Below are positions 39,148 through 48,585 of a DNA stretch of 64,000 nucleotides, one piece after another. A model generated the notes under the pieces. It worked only from the letters and a program-made list of their open reading frames with translations. It searched no databases and was not told where the DNA came from. Source of the stretch: Candidatus Micrarchaeota archaeon (lineage in GTDB: Archaea > Micrarchaeota > Micrarchaeia > Norongarragalinales > UBA8480); contig JAHFHC010000002.1 of assembly GCA_023247085.1 (NCBI GenBank), forward strand, positions 24,395 to 88,394, in the 5' to 3' direction. How positions within the stretch are numbered: the first letter of the stretch is position 1; each line of letters opens with the position of its first letter. The translations under genes and the position numbers were made by a program.

Positions 39148-39336
39148 ATGATGGAAAAAGCATGTAAACAATGTAGGCTAATAGTCGAAGGACCAATTTG
39201 TCCACTGTGTAGTTCAGGTGATCACTTAACCAAAACTTGGGAGGGTCACATTTTCATCGTGAATCCAGAAGGTTCAGAAGTAGCAACTGCGATTGGCGCC
39301 AAAACACCAGGCAGATACGCGCTTAAAATAAAATAA
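39148..39336 (+). CDS. spt4: Spt4 / RNA polymerase subunit E''
   Basis: 62 aa. Zinc ribbon CKQC...CPLC. Conserved position after rpo7. Confidence 0.7.
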   Translation: MMEKACKQCRLIVEGPICPLCSSGDHLTKTWEGHIFIVNPEGSEVATAIGAKTPGRYALKIK

Positions 39337-39376
39337 ATAGAAATAATACAAATACTAAAAAATTTAAAAGAAGTGA

Positions 39377-39685
39377 GTGTCGAAAATCATGAAATTAAAA
39401 ATCCTTTCAAAGAAAAACAACGTGTTGTTCAACCGAACTGAAGTAACTGCCTCGGCAACTGAATTTGAGTCAACCCCTTCGCGCAAAGAATTGCTTGGAG
39501 CTATGGCAACTGAATTAAAGTGTGAGGCAGGTGCATTAGTTCTAGAGCAGATTCACCAGCCGTTTGGCTCTAAAAGCGTTGCAATAAATGCAAAAGTATA
39601 TGATTCTCCAGATGCAGCTGCAAAAGCTGAACCAAAGTTTAAGTTTGAACGCGGTCAAGCAAAAGTACAGCCTAAACCGAGTTAG
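39377..39685 (+). CDS. rps24e: 30S ribosomal protein S24e
   Basis: MKLKILSKKNNVLFNRTEVTASATEFESTPSRKEL matches S24e. Confidence 0.8.
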   Translation: MSKIMKLKILSKKNNVLFNRTEVTASATEFESTPSRKELLGAMATELKCEAGALVLEQIHQPFGSKSVAINAKVYDSPDAAAKAEPKFKFERGQAKVQPKPS

Positions 39686-39718
39686 AGTAAAAAGGTAAAT
39701 TGAGGTAAATTGAAAATT

Positions 39719-39856
39719 ATGGCAAAAGACGCTAAGAAAAAACCAAAAGCATATGTTGTCGGCAAAAACTGTCCAAAATGCGGGCCAGGCAACAAACTAG
39801 CTGGTCATAAAGATCGATTTGGCTGCGGCAAATGCGGTTACTACGAACGCAAATAG
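39719..39856 (+). CDS. rps27ae: 30S ribosomal protein S27ae (zinc ribbon)
   Basis: 45 aa: [45 protein letters not shown] (C4 ribbon). Conserved S24e-S27ae-Kae1 order. Below the ORF-track cutoff. Confidence 0.7.
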   Translation: MAKDAKKKPKAYVVGKNCPKCGPGNKLAGHKDRFGCGKCGYYERK

Positions 39857-39939
39857 GATTACAATTCGCTATGGGGTTTATAGTGTTATAAACTCGCCGT
39901 GGCTTTGCTAAATAAACCCGAATAGTTTCTATTAATTAC

Positions 39940-40476
39940 ATGGCCGTACTTGAAGCGCTGCTTTTTTACTTTTTACTCATAGTTGCCACGCTGTTAATTG
40001 CCAAGAGAAAAACTTGGATTCAAACACTAAATTACTTAGGGCTACAAACAAAGAAACCGAACGTAATGCAAATAATGCGCAATGCGGCGATTCTAGTATT
40101 CATCATATTCATCAGCCTTACCGTTCTTTCAATTATATTATCGCTTGTGATTGTGGATGACTCGCAAAAAGTGTCTGCTATAATTTCAACTCTTTCTTTG
40201 CCAGCGATTTTAGTTGCAGTAACAATCGGTCCATTTGCAGAAGAATTATTCTTCAGGGGATGGTTACAAAAAAATATTGGCGTAGTTCTCTCAGCACTTA
40301 TTTTTGCAGGCCTTCACTTTTCATTTGGTTCAATTGCAGAAATATTTGGTGCACTTGTAGCCGGTTTAGTAATTGGCTATTGGGTAAAATACCGGGATTC
40401 AAACCTCTGGCCAGCTATAATAGCCCACGCGGTTTACAATGCAATTAGCATTTTGCTAGTACTGGTGATAAAATGA
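39940..40476 (+). CDS. CPBP-family intramembrane metalloprotease (CAAX protease/Abi-like)
   Basis: 178 aa, multi-TM. Motif 1 EELFFRGW, motif 2 FxxxH (GLHFSFGS), motif 3 HAVYNA. Confidence 0.7.
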   Translation: MAVLEALLFYFLLIVATLLIAKRKTWIQTLNYLGLQTKKPNVMQIMRNAAILVFIIFISLTVLSIILSLVIVDDSQKVSAIISTLSLPAILVAVTIGPFAEELFFRGWLQKNIGVVLSALIFAGLHFSFGSIAEIFGALVAGLVIGYWVKYRDSNLWPAIIAHAVYNAISILLVLVIK

Positions 40477-41531
40477 TTGTACTAGGAATTGAAAGCACAG
40501 CGCATACCTTTTCAGTTGCAATTGTACAGAAAAGCAAGGGACTCAGCAAAACAAGCAAAGCCACAAAGCGCGCTAAAACTAAACGCCAATTGAGTTCGAT
40601 CGAGGTTCTTGCCAATGCTTCAGATAAATACGCATCTACTCTTGAAGGTTACATTCCGCGCAAATTAGCTGATCATCATGCCGAAGCATTTCCAAAACTA
40701 TTGCAACAAGCTCTATCTGATTCAAGCATTTCTTTAAGCGAAATAGATGCAATTGCGTTTTCTCAAGGAAGTGGAATTGGGCACTGTCTTCACGTTGGAT
40801 ACGTGGCTGCAAAAACACTTTCCACTATGCTAAAAATACCGCTTGTGCCAGTTAGCCACAGCATCGGCCACATTGAAATCGGGCGAGAATTCAACTGCGA
40901 AACCAATGACCCGCTCGTAGTTTACGTATCTGGAGGAAACACGCAAATTCTCGGCCTTGATAAAAAAAATTCGAAGTATCATGTATACGGTGAAACAAGT
41001 GACATTGGAATTGGCAATTTCCTCGACGTACTTGGAAGAAAATTGGAGCTAAAGCCATCAGATGCAGTTGGAGTTGTGAATGCAGCGCAACTAGCGAGTA
41101 AATATATTGAAATGCCTTACACGATTCGCGGAATGAACCTAGCTTTTTCAGGTCTCTTAACGTACATTGAAAAAAAACTTATTCCACAAATCGAAACAAA
41201 AAAATTTACAAAAGAAGAAATTGCGTTTTCAAGCCAAGAAACTGCCTTTGCAATGTTATGCGAAGCGGTTGAACGCGCCTTGTGCCACACCAACAAAAAA
41301 GAAATCCTCTTATGTGGTGGAAATGCCCGCAACGCACGCTTGCAAGAAATGCTAAAAGAAATTTGCAGAGAACACAACGTCCACTTCGCTTGCACTTCTT
41401 TTGAATACTCCGGCGACCAAGCTGCAATGATTGGCTTAACTGGAATAAAAATGCTTGAATCAAAATGCCTTCCAAAATATGAGGCTCCAGTGCAGCGTTT
41501 GCGTACTGATTTAACACACGTTTGTTGGTGA
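40473..41531 (+). CDS. kae1: tRNA N6-adenosine threonylcarbamoyltransferase Kae1 (TsaD family)
   Basis: 352 aa. MIVLGIESTAHTFSVAIV N-terminus, metal-binding HSIGHIE, GGNARNARL. ASKHA fold. Confidence 0.85.
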   Translation: MIVLGIESTAHTFSVAIVQKSKGLSKTSKATKRAKTKRQLSSIEVLANASDKYASTLEGYIPRKLADHHAEAFPKLLQQALSDSSISLSEIDAIAFSQGSGIGHCLHVGYVAAKTLSTMLKIPLVPVSHSIGHIEIGREFNCETNDPLVVYVSGGNTQILGLDKKNSKYHVYGETSDIGIGNFLDVLGRKLELKPSDAVGVVNAAQLASKYIEMPYTIRGMNLAFSGLLTYIEKKLIPQIETKKFTKEEIAFSSQETAFAMLCEAVERALCHTNKKEILLCGGNARNARLQEMLKEICREHNVHFACTSFEYSGDQAAMIGLTGIKMLESKCLPKYEAPVQRLRTDLTHVCW

Positions 41532-41675
41532 ATTATTGACCTCAATTTGTCGGTGCTTAGCTGGGAACCTTTTTATTTCTTTTTTTCCCATTCTTATTTA
41601 CCCAAAGAAGCAAAATCGTAATTTAGACAACTAGCGTTTAAGTTTTAGAAGACGCGGTGTAGGTGAAAAAAACGT

Positions 41676-42323
41676 ATGAAAACTAAGCTCTATCAGTTTA
41701 TTTTAAAAGAACGCGAAAAAACAGCGAAAGTACTTGAAAACCTTGCCAATCTCTTGCGAAATGGCGGGGTAGCAGTTATCCCAACTGAAACCTGTTATTC
41801 ACTTGCAATAGATGCTACAAACGACGAAGCCGCACAGAAATTAAACGCCTTAGGTGTAAAACCCGGTTTAACCAATCCAATAATTGTAAGTGACTTGCGT
41901 ATGGCTAACGAATACACTTTGATAAATCCCTTAGCTGAAAAAATATCGCATTCATTTATGCCTGGTCCAGTTACATTGGTTGTTGACTTACTTCCAGAAA
42001 CTAAACTCTCCAAAAACGTGTTCACAGATGGAGCATCCTTTAGAATTTCAAGCAACGTGTTTACACGCGCACTTGCAAGTGAATTAGAAAAACCTATAAC
42101 CGTGTCTATATTGAGTGATTCGCCACCAATTTACAAATTTAAAGACCTCTACGATACGTTCAACACGAAACTAGACGCGATCGTAAGTTCAGGAGACTTG
42201 CCACAAGTAATGCCATCGACTGTAGTAGACGTCAGGTCACCTGTTCCACACCTGGTGCGCCAAGGGCCAGTTCCATTCGACGAAATAATGAACTTAGTTG
42301 CTAAAACCACTGTAGAAGCCTAA
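41676..42323 (+). CDS. L-threonylcarbamoyladenylate synthase (Sua5/YrdC domain only)
   Basis: 215 aa. GGVAVIPTETCYSLAIDATNDEAAQKLNALG is a YrdC-fold signature. Confidence 0.7.
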   Translation: MKTKLYQFILKEREKTAKVLENLANLLRNGGVAVIPTETCYSLAIDATNDEAAQKLNALGVKPGLTNPIIVSDLRMANEYTLINPLAEKISHSFMPGPVTLVVDLLPETKLSKNVFTDGASFRISSNVFTRALASELEKPITVSILSDSPPIYKFKDLYDTFNTKLDAIVSSGDLPQVMPSTVVDVRSPVPHLVRQGPVPFDEIMNLVAKTTVEA

Positions 42324-42401
42324 AAGCACTTCGACACTATTATGATCCGCAATGCTAAAGACATATTCTTATGTATGTGTGGCGTGTAGATAACTCTAGT
42401 T

Positions 42402-43019
42402 ATGCACAAAACACCGAACAACCAAGGCGCAGAAGCCGTTGTAACTAACTGCATTTACTTTAACACTCCAGCCATATCGAAGCGCAGGCTTCCAAAACGC
42501 TATCGCGTGCATTCCCTTGACTCAAAACTACGTTTAGAACGTACTAAAATCGAAGCAAGGATAATGCACCGCGCAAAAGCAACTGGGACAAATTGCCCGC
42601 TTGTATTATCAGTTGACCTTGAACGATGCGAATTAATCGAAACGCGATTAAACGGAGTTAAACTAGTTGACTACCTACAAGATAAAAAAAATCAAAAAAA
42701 TGCCAAACGCATTTTAGCAGATGCCGGCACTCAACTTGCAAAACTTCACCTTGCAAACATAAGCCACGGGGATTCAACTACTTCAAATTTCATGACTGAC
42801 GGCAAAAGTGTTTTCATATTTGATTTTGGCTTATCGCAATTCAATGCAACTGACGAAGAACGCGCCATTGACTTACTCTTATTTTTTAAGTCCGTATCTG
42901 AACTTCAATTCAAGTATTTCATCAAAGGATACGCGGCACAATACGGTGAAAAACAAACCAAGCAATTAATATCAAAGATTCGTGAAATAGAGTCAAGAGC
43001 AAGATACGTGGAGCGTTAA
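42402..43019 (+). CDS. bud32: Bud32 protein kinase (KEOPS subunit, RIO-like atypical kinase)
   Basis: About 205 aa. The RTKIEARIMHRAKATG region is typical of Bud32. Short kinase lacking an activation-loop extension. Adjacent to kae1/sua5. Confidence 0.65.
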   Translation: MHKTPNNQGAEAVVTNCIYFNTPAISKRRLPKRYRVHSLDSKLRLERTKIEARIMHRAKATGTNCPLVLSVDLERCELIETRLNGVKLVDYLQDKKNQKNAKRILADAGTQLAKLHLANISHGDSTTSNFMTDGKSVFIFDFGLSQFNATDEERAIDLLLFFKSVSELQFKYFIKGYAAQYGEKQTKQLISKIREIESRARYVER

Positions 43020-43027
43020 ACACTTCA

Positions 43028-43903
43028 ATGGAATGGTATTTTTTTGCAATAGCCTCTGCAATTGTAACTGCAATTATAGGCGTAACTGAAAAAAAGATTT
43101 TACAACACGAGCATTCGCTTACTTTTTCAGTTACACATGCGCTAATAGCTTTAGTTATTTCACTCCCCTTTTTTATCTACTTTGATTTTTCAACCATTAC
43201 GCCGCAACTCATAATTGCAATATACTTTGCTATGCTTTTAGCTGCAGCTGCGTTTTGGCTTACTGCAAAAGGAGTCAAACATTTAGAACTATCTGTTTCC
43301 AGCCCGCTGACTCTACTTAACTTCATTTTCTTGCCTTTTCTAGCTTTTCTATTCGTAGGAGAACGCTTATCTTTCAAACAAATAGCAGGCGTTTGCCTCA
43401 TACTGTTGGGAGTACTAGCACTAGAGCTAATTGTTCACCGCGGCAAGTTCTTTCCTCACATTAAAACAAAAGGAAAAGAACAATATTTTCTATTTATGCT
43501 AATTGCAGGCTTATTCTATGCAGTTACCGCAATTCTTGATAAGCATCTACTTGCCGCAGTGAATCCATTTACTTATTTATTGCTTGCGCATTTCTTCATT
43601 GCCCTTAATAGCTTATTGTTTTTCGCGTTTTTCGACAAGGAATTCAAGCGAGATTTGAAAAAAATCTTTTCGCAAGACTTAAAAACCACGATTTTTGTAG
43701 CCTTCTTATCCATTATACAAAGGTTAACTTTTGCATTTGCAGCTTCAGCGGCTTACATAAGCATAGCAGTTGCAATTAAGCGCCTTAGCATACTATTCTC
43801 CGCGCTATTAGCTGGCAAACTATTTCACGAAAAAAACATAGTTGAAAAACTAGCGGTTTCAATACTAATGCTAATCGGCGCATTATTACTAGTGTGGCCG
43901 TAG
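43028..43903 (+). CDS. EamA/DMT-family transporter
   Basis: 291 aa with about 10 predicted TM helices in two repeated halves. Confidence 0.6.
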   Translation: MEWYFFAIASAIVTAIIGVTEKKILQHEHSLTFSVTHALIALVISLPFFIYFDFSTITPQLIIAIYFAMLLAAAAFWLTAKGVKHLELSVSSPLTLLNFIFLPFLAFLFVGERLSFKQIAGVCLILLGVLALELIVHRGKFFPHIKTKGKEQYFLFMLIAGLFYAVTAILDKHLLAAVNPFTYLLLAHFFIALNSLLFFAFFDKEFKRDLKKIFSQDLKTTIFVAFLSIIQRLTFAFAASAAYISIAVAIKRLSILFSALLAGKLFHEKNIVEKLAVSILMLIGALLLVWP

Positions 43904-43995
43904 AACTGTTCAAAAACCGCGCTAGCGCTAAAGTTGTTTTTAGAAAAAATTGAAAAAAGGAAGAAAACTCAAAAGAGTAGGGAGTTGGAAAATTC

Positions 43996-44070
43996 CTAAA
44001 GTTCTCCGACTCTTCGTTTCTGCTTGCGCTTCATGCGCTTGCGGCGTTTCTTTACCCATTTCCAGCGCAT
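43996..44070 (-). CDS. rpl41e: 50S ribosomal protein L41e (24 aa, extremely basic)
   Basis: Minus-strand micro-[27 protein letters not shown]. It resembles the L41e consensus [21 protein letters not shown]... Below the ORF-track cutoff. Confidence 0.5.
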   Translation of the reverse strand: MRWKWVKKRRKRMKRKQKRRVGEL

Positions 44071-44178
44071 TCTGCCAGATTTCTTCCATTTTCGCGGTCT
44101 AGAACCCATAAAGTATTGAACCCATTAATTTGAACTAAATTTGCTTAAAACTGAGTGTATTTATTGTGCTGCCAAAGT

Positions 44179-44628
44179 TTATAAGTTGAATTCCTTGGCT
44201 ATTTTCTTCATTGTCTGTACTTGGTTTGAGAATTTAAACAACTTCACTGCTTGCTTCCACGTGACCCACTTAAAAGCGTCATGTTCTTGAACGGGGTTAT
44301 GCTTAAGTGAAACGCGACGCGTTTTACTCTTGACAAGCCAGCCAGTGAAACGCGCGTGCGTGTAACTGTGCTTTTTCTCGTATACTTTTCCAAACTTGAA
44401 CTTTACAACTACTTTGCTTTTGCGAATAACGCTATAGTCTTTTTTTCGAAGGCCAACTTCTTCCCACAATTCTTCAGCTAACGCTTCACGTTCCGTGTGT
44501 CCATCCAAGCCGCCTTTTGGCAACTCCCAACCACGCCAATTAAGTACGCGATGTAATACTAAAACATCCCCTTTCTTATCAAGCACAACTGCGAAGATTC
44601 CACGACGAGTTTTAGATTTTTTTACCAT
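44179..44628 (-). CDS. NUDIX hydrolase
   Basis: 149 aa. Nudix box GGLDGHTEREALAEELWEEVGL. Confidence 0.75.
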   Translation of the reverse strand: MVKKSKTRRGIFAVVLDKKGDVLVLHRVLNWRGWELPKGGLDGHTEREALAEELWEEVGLRKKDYSVIRKSKVVVKFKFGKVYEKKHSYTHARFTGWLVKSKTRRVSLKHNPVQEHDAFKWVTWKQAVKLFKFSNQVQTMKKIAKEFNL

Positions 44629-44861
44629 GAAATACGTAACGATAAATTTTTATTGTTTTGTTCAATTAATTATAGTATATGTCAAAAGTCAACACTTTAA
44701 ATTTGTTGCTAAGTTGCTCTACTTTTGACTTTGCTAATTTTTGGCATTTTTCATCCTAGCATCAGTTAGTTGAAACTTTGTCTGGTTGTTTGCTATGGAA
44801 TTAATTTGTTTAGGTGTACTTTTCTTGCTTTTTCTAGTTGTATGTGGGAAGGAGGTGAAGG

Positions 44862-45518
44862 TTGGTGGCAGTTAAATGCGTGATTTTTGACAATGATGAT
44901 ACGCTCTACTATGCGCCAGGCATAGGGAAAGAGGCAGTTGGTTACATGGTTGAATTTGCTGCAAGTGCTTTAAATATCTCAGTTGAAGACGCGGCGCTTG
45001 AACGTGTTAAAATAAAGCGAAAATATGGCGTTGACTCTACTCCCTTTGCTTTTAACCAAAAGTATGGAATTGATTTTGATGAAATGATAAATTTTGCATA
45101 TTCGCAAATTGAGCTAAAAAAATACGGGATTAGTAAAAATGATAGTTTAATCAAAACGTTGTCTGCATTAAAGGTTCCAAAATTTATATTAACAAATAAC
45201 ACTGCGGAATTCGCTTCACTAATATTGTCTGAATTGGGTGTTGCTAATTTATTTAAGCGCATTTTTGGCTGCCGTGAAGTAGATTTTAAACTTAAACCCG
45301 CGCCTGAAGCATATTTGCGTGTACTTAATTTTGCAAATGTAAATGCAAGTGAAGCGGTTATGGTAGACGATCGAGTTGATTTTCTCTTAGGCGCTGCTCA
45401 GTTGAGGATGCGCACTATATTATTCTCCCGCGACATGAGCTTTCATCCGCTTTGTGGCGTTGATTTTGTGATTCGAGATTTAAAAGAATTGCCGAAGTTA
45501 CTAAGTGAATTGAAATGA
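44862..45518 (+). CDS. HAD-superfamily hydrolase (nucleotidase-like)
   Basis: Motif I VIFDNDDTL, motif IV MVDDRVDFLLGA. Likely TTG/GTG start. Overlaps the next gene by 4 nt. Confidence 0.65.
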   Translation: MVAVKCVIFDNDDTLYYAPGIGKEAVGYMVEFAASALNISVEDAALERVKIKRKYGVDSTPFAFNQKYGIDFDEMINFAYSQIELKKYGISKNDSLIKTLSALKVPKFILTNNTAEFASLILSELGVANLFKRIFGCREVDFKLKPAPEAYLRVLNFANVNASEAVMVDDRVDFLLGAAQLRMRTILFSRDMSFHPLCGVDFVIRDLKELPKLLSELK

Positions 45519-46432
45519 AACGTAAATTAGTGATAATTGATACTGATCCAGGTCACGATGACGCTCTTGCTTTGATGCTTGCATTGCGAAGTAAAAAATT
45601 GCGAGTACTTGCGGTTACTACGGTAGCTGGAAATTCCACCATTCAAAATACGACTCGAAATGCCCGGTTTGTGCTTAAGTTGCTTGACGCGCAAAATATT
45701 CCAATTTATTCGGGCGCTTCAAAACCACTTTGTCGTAAATTAGTGAAGGCAGTTGTACATGGAAAGAATGGTTTATCTGGTTTAAAGTTTAAACAAAAAA
45801 GTAATTTAACCAATAACGCTGCCGAAAAGATAATCTCAATTGTTCAACAAAATGCTGGCGTGACTATAATTACTTTGGGTCCATTGACCAACTTAGCTCA
45901 AGCTATTTTGAAAAAGCCAAGTGTCATGTTGAAAGTGAAGAAATTTGTTATTATGGGTGGTGCGATTAAAGTTCCTGGAAATAAAAGTAGAGTGGCTGAG
46001 TTTAACTTTTTTGTTGATCCAGAGGCCGCGGATATAGTGTTTAAATTTCCAGTTGCAAAGATGCTCATTCCACTCGATGCAGGTAATCCTATTTTCCTAA
46101 AAAACTCGGATTTTCGTAAGATAAGGGGGTCACTGAAAAAACCAATATTGCAGCTTATGAATTCGTATATGGGAAATCTCTATAACTACATAAAGGTAAA
46201 ACGTGCGCTTATATATGACGCATTAGCGGTATATTCACTAATAAAGCCCAGCGCTTGTAGAAAAAAGCGATATAATATTGTAATAGAAACAAAAGGAGAA
46301 GCTACGCGTGGCATGTCAGTTACCGAGCTGAGGCAGTTCAAAAAAACGCTACCAAATGCAACTGTAGTTGAAAAAATTTCAGCAAACGCTTTTAAGCAGG
46401 CGTTTATAAATTCTCTTTCAAAAAGGGGATAA
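45515..46432 (+). CDS. Inosine-uridine preferring nucleoside hydrolase
   Basis: N-terminal fingerprint VIIDTDPGHDDALAL (DxDxxxDD). Confidence 0.85.
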   Translation: MKRKLVIIDTDPGHDDALALMLALRSKKLRVLAVTTVAGNSTIQNTTRNARFVLKLLDAQNIPIYSGASKPLCRKLVKAVVHGKNGLSGLKFKQKSNLTNNAAEKIISIVQQNAGVTIITLGPLTNLAQAILKKPSVMLKVKKFVIMGGAIKVPGNKSRVAEFNFFVDPEAADIVFKFPVAKMLIPLDAGNPIFLKNSDFRKIRGSLKKPILQLMNSYMGNLYNYIKVKRALIYDALAVYSLIKPSACRKKRYNIVIETKGEATRGMSVTELRQFKKTLPNATVVEKISANAFKQAFINSLSKRG

Positions 46433-46435
46433 CCA

Positions 46436-47209
46436 ATGCGTTTGAATTTACATCCATATTCAATTGAAGTTATTGAAAAACCCGGAAGTTTACCCCCTAG
46501 GCGTAGAGAAGTGCTTCTTCGCTCTGTTGTTCGAATAGCACAAGATGCATTTGGAAAAACAACTCGCGAAACCATGGAACGTCGTGTTTTACCGGCAGAT
46601 GAGATTTTGGTAGTAAGGAAGGGGCGTAGGATAATCGGCTACTCTTTAAATAGATATTTTAATTTGCCTACTGGAAGAATGCTTTACCTTTCTGGATCTG
46701 CAGTTGAAAAGCAACATGAAGGAAAAGGGCTTTACGGTGCATTGCGACCACTATCCATTCTATTAGCCTGTAGGGACAATCGTTTTTCACATATTGCGAC
46801 TAGAACCCAAAATCCAATAATATATGCTTCCCTTGCAAAACTTGGTCTTCATCCTATAGAAGGACGAAAAGTGCCAAAAGAAATAAGTACGGCTGCAATA
46901 CACTTAGCAGCTGAAATCAGTCCGGGCAAGGCGTTTGATTCTGCTTCTCTAGTTATAAAACAGGCATTTAGGGGATCAGCAAGTGTAGCTTCTCCAAAGC
47001 ATCACGATGAAAGATTCAATACCTTTGTTTCAACAAGAATAAATGAAGCGCAAGGCGACGCGTTGTTACAAGTGGGAATGCTGGACAGACGGAAAGCCCG
47101 AGTACTTTTCCTAACTGCAGCTGATAAAATAAGCAAAAAAACAGCTATAGACGCACAAAAATTAGTTGAGCGACTCACTGTTGTTGGTAAAAGTGCGTTT
47201 GATTCATAA
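46436..47209 (+). CDS. GNAT-fold acyltransferase-like protein (divergent)
   Basis: 257 aa. VVRKGRRIIGYSLNRYFNLPTGRMLYLSGSAVEKQHEGKGLYGAL...TRTQNP is a motif A/B-like arrangement. Confidence 0.4.
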   Translation: MRLNLHPYSIEVIEKPGSLPPRRREVLLRSVVRIAQDAFGKTTRETMERRVLPADEILVVRKGRRIIGYSLNRYFNLPTGRMLYLSGSAVEKQHEGKGLYGALRPLSILLACRDNRFSHIATRTQNPIIYASLAKLGLHPIEGRKVPKEISTAAIHLAAEISPGKAFDSASLVIKQAFRGSASVASPKHHDERFNTFVSTRINEAQGDALLQVGMLDRRKARVLFLTAADKISKKTAIDAQKLVERLTVVGKSAFDS

Positions 47210-47398
47210 ATGGCCTGCGAAGATATTCAGCGCCACACTATTCCGATAAATGCGTTTTTCGTGATTAGAAAAAAAGTAATTGCTTTTTTGAGCAATAAAT
47301 ATTTAAACTTGCCAACTGGCCTGTTATTCTACCTCGCAGGAACAAGTGTACATGCTGATTACGGGCGCGTTGGACTTTATAGTTTGCTGTCAGGTTAA
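47210..47398 (+). pseudogene. Truncated duplicate of the N-terminal core of 46436-47209
   Basis: 62-aa ORF. NKYLNLPTGLLFYLAGTSVHADYGRVGLYSLL parallels NRYFNLPTGRMLYLSGSAVEKQHEGKGLYGAL of the upstream gene and ends prematurely. Confidence 0.4.
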
Positions 47399-47493
47399 CC
47401 TCGAAAATTGAGGTGGCTTGTTGATGGTTGGTTTAATGGATCTTAGGAAAGCAGAGCAAGCTTTTCTCGCCGCTGCAGGGAAAGTAAGCTCAA

Positions 47494-48576
47494 TTGCCGC
47501 TGGCAAAATCGTTGAACAATTGCGACACTTGTGAAATAAAGGTATTTAATTGCGAGTTTGCTATTATTTCCAATATGCAAGAAGAGTCAATTACGCACAA
47601 GCGAGGAACTAGGCTTCACATTACTGAGCTTGATCCGGAAGATCCAAATTTTGAACACCACGTTGCTGATTCATGGAGAAACATAAAGGCTAGTTATCAG
47701 GAGTATCCCTATGTTGAAGTGGGAGATCCAGTGCATGTTAGGCGAGAAATAGCCGCTGGTCGGCTGAGGACTTTTCTAGTGCGTGAAGATAACCGAGTGG
47801 TTGGAACCGCAGCAATGGTTTCAAATGGTCCAGTCTGGGAATTCGGAAGATTGGCAGTTGACCCGAGCCACCGTGGAAAGGCTTACGGTCAAGCGCTTGT
47901 CTGGCACAGATTATCTGCGGCTGCAGGTGACCCGGTTTATACTACTGCACGCGCAGCTGAACCAGCCACTACGCATAATATCTTCAAGGCGTTTGCAACT
48001 ACGAAGGGCGGAGTGCATATCCTCGGCGTTGCGCCATATGCTTTGGTTAATCACAAACAAGAGTTTTTAATCGAGATGGGCGGAAATCTTGGAAAAGCAT
48101 CTGACTTCCAGCACCCGCGCTTTACCCCTGCAGAATGGGCTTTTCTCGGGCCATTTTTAAAAGGGCGGAGAACGGCATCATTTACTCACGTAAGGCCAAG
48201 CAATGTTAAAATTGGCGACATTGTAAAAGTTTCAGAGCACAGTAAATACGGCGTAGCTGAACCAATTGGAAACAAAGCAATTCGGGATGTAATAACCGCT
48301 GCACGGCGCAACTCGCTTGTAAACTTCTTAATGCTTCGCGTTCCGCTTAGAGACGAGCATTTGCCACTACGTGAAGCTTTGGTGCGTAATGGCTTTATTC
48401 CATCAGCAATTGGACCCAAGGGAAACTATATTATCTATGGCTTAGTCACGAAACCGAAACGCAAGGTAAAGCTAGGTGAAGTTAACCTACCAAGCAGCTT
48501 CGACGAGCCGCACGTTGCGCCAGTTAAAGATGCAATTATGAAAATAGTTGAAGCTTACCACGAGCAGCTAGCGTAA
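47494..48576 (+). CDS. Tandem GNAT-fold acyltransferase-like protein
   Basis: 360 aa (start possibly at the internal MQEES). VREDNRVVGTAAMVSNGPVWEFGRLAVDPSHRGKAYGQAL matches the acetyl-CoA binding motif A. A second GNAT-like half lies in the C-terminus. GC content is noticeably higher than in surrounding genes. Confidence 0.45.
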   Translation: MPLAKSLNNCDTCEIKVFNCEFAIISNMQEESITHKRGTRLHITELDPEDPNFEHHVADSWRNIKASYQEYPYVEVGDPVHVRREIAAGRLRTFLVREDNRVVGTAAMVSNGPVWEFGRLAVDPSHRGKAYGQALVWHRLSAAAGDPVYTTARAAEPATTHNIFKAFATTKGGVHILGVAPYALVNHKQEFLIEMGGNLGKASDFQHPRFTPAEWAFLGPFLKGRRTASFTHVRPSNVKIGDIVKVSEHSKYGVAEPIGNKAIRDVITAARRNSLVNFLMLRVPLRDEHLPLREALVRNGFIPSAIGPKGNYIIYGLVTKPKRKVKLGEVNLPSSFDEPHVAPVKDAIMKIVEAYHEQLA

Positions 48577-48585
48577 CTCGTGCTT

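Noticed and set aside
44786-44866. 26-aa hydrophobic micro-ORF (MELICLGVLFLLFLVVCGKEVKVGGS) upstream of the HAD gene
   Set aside because: Too short, no conservation evidence; likely a chance ORF in the promoter region.
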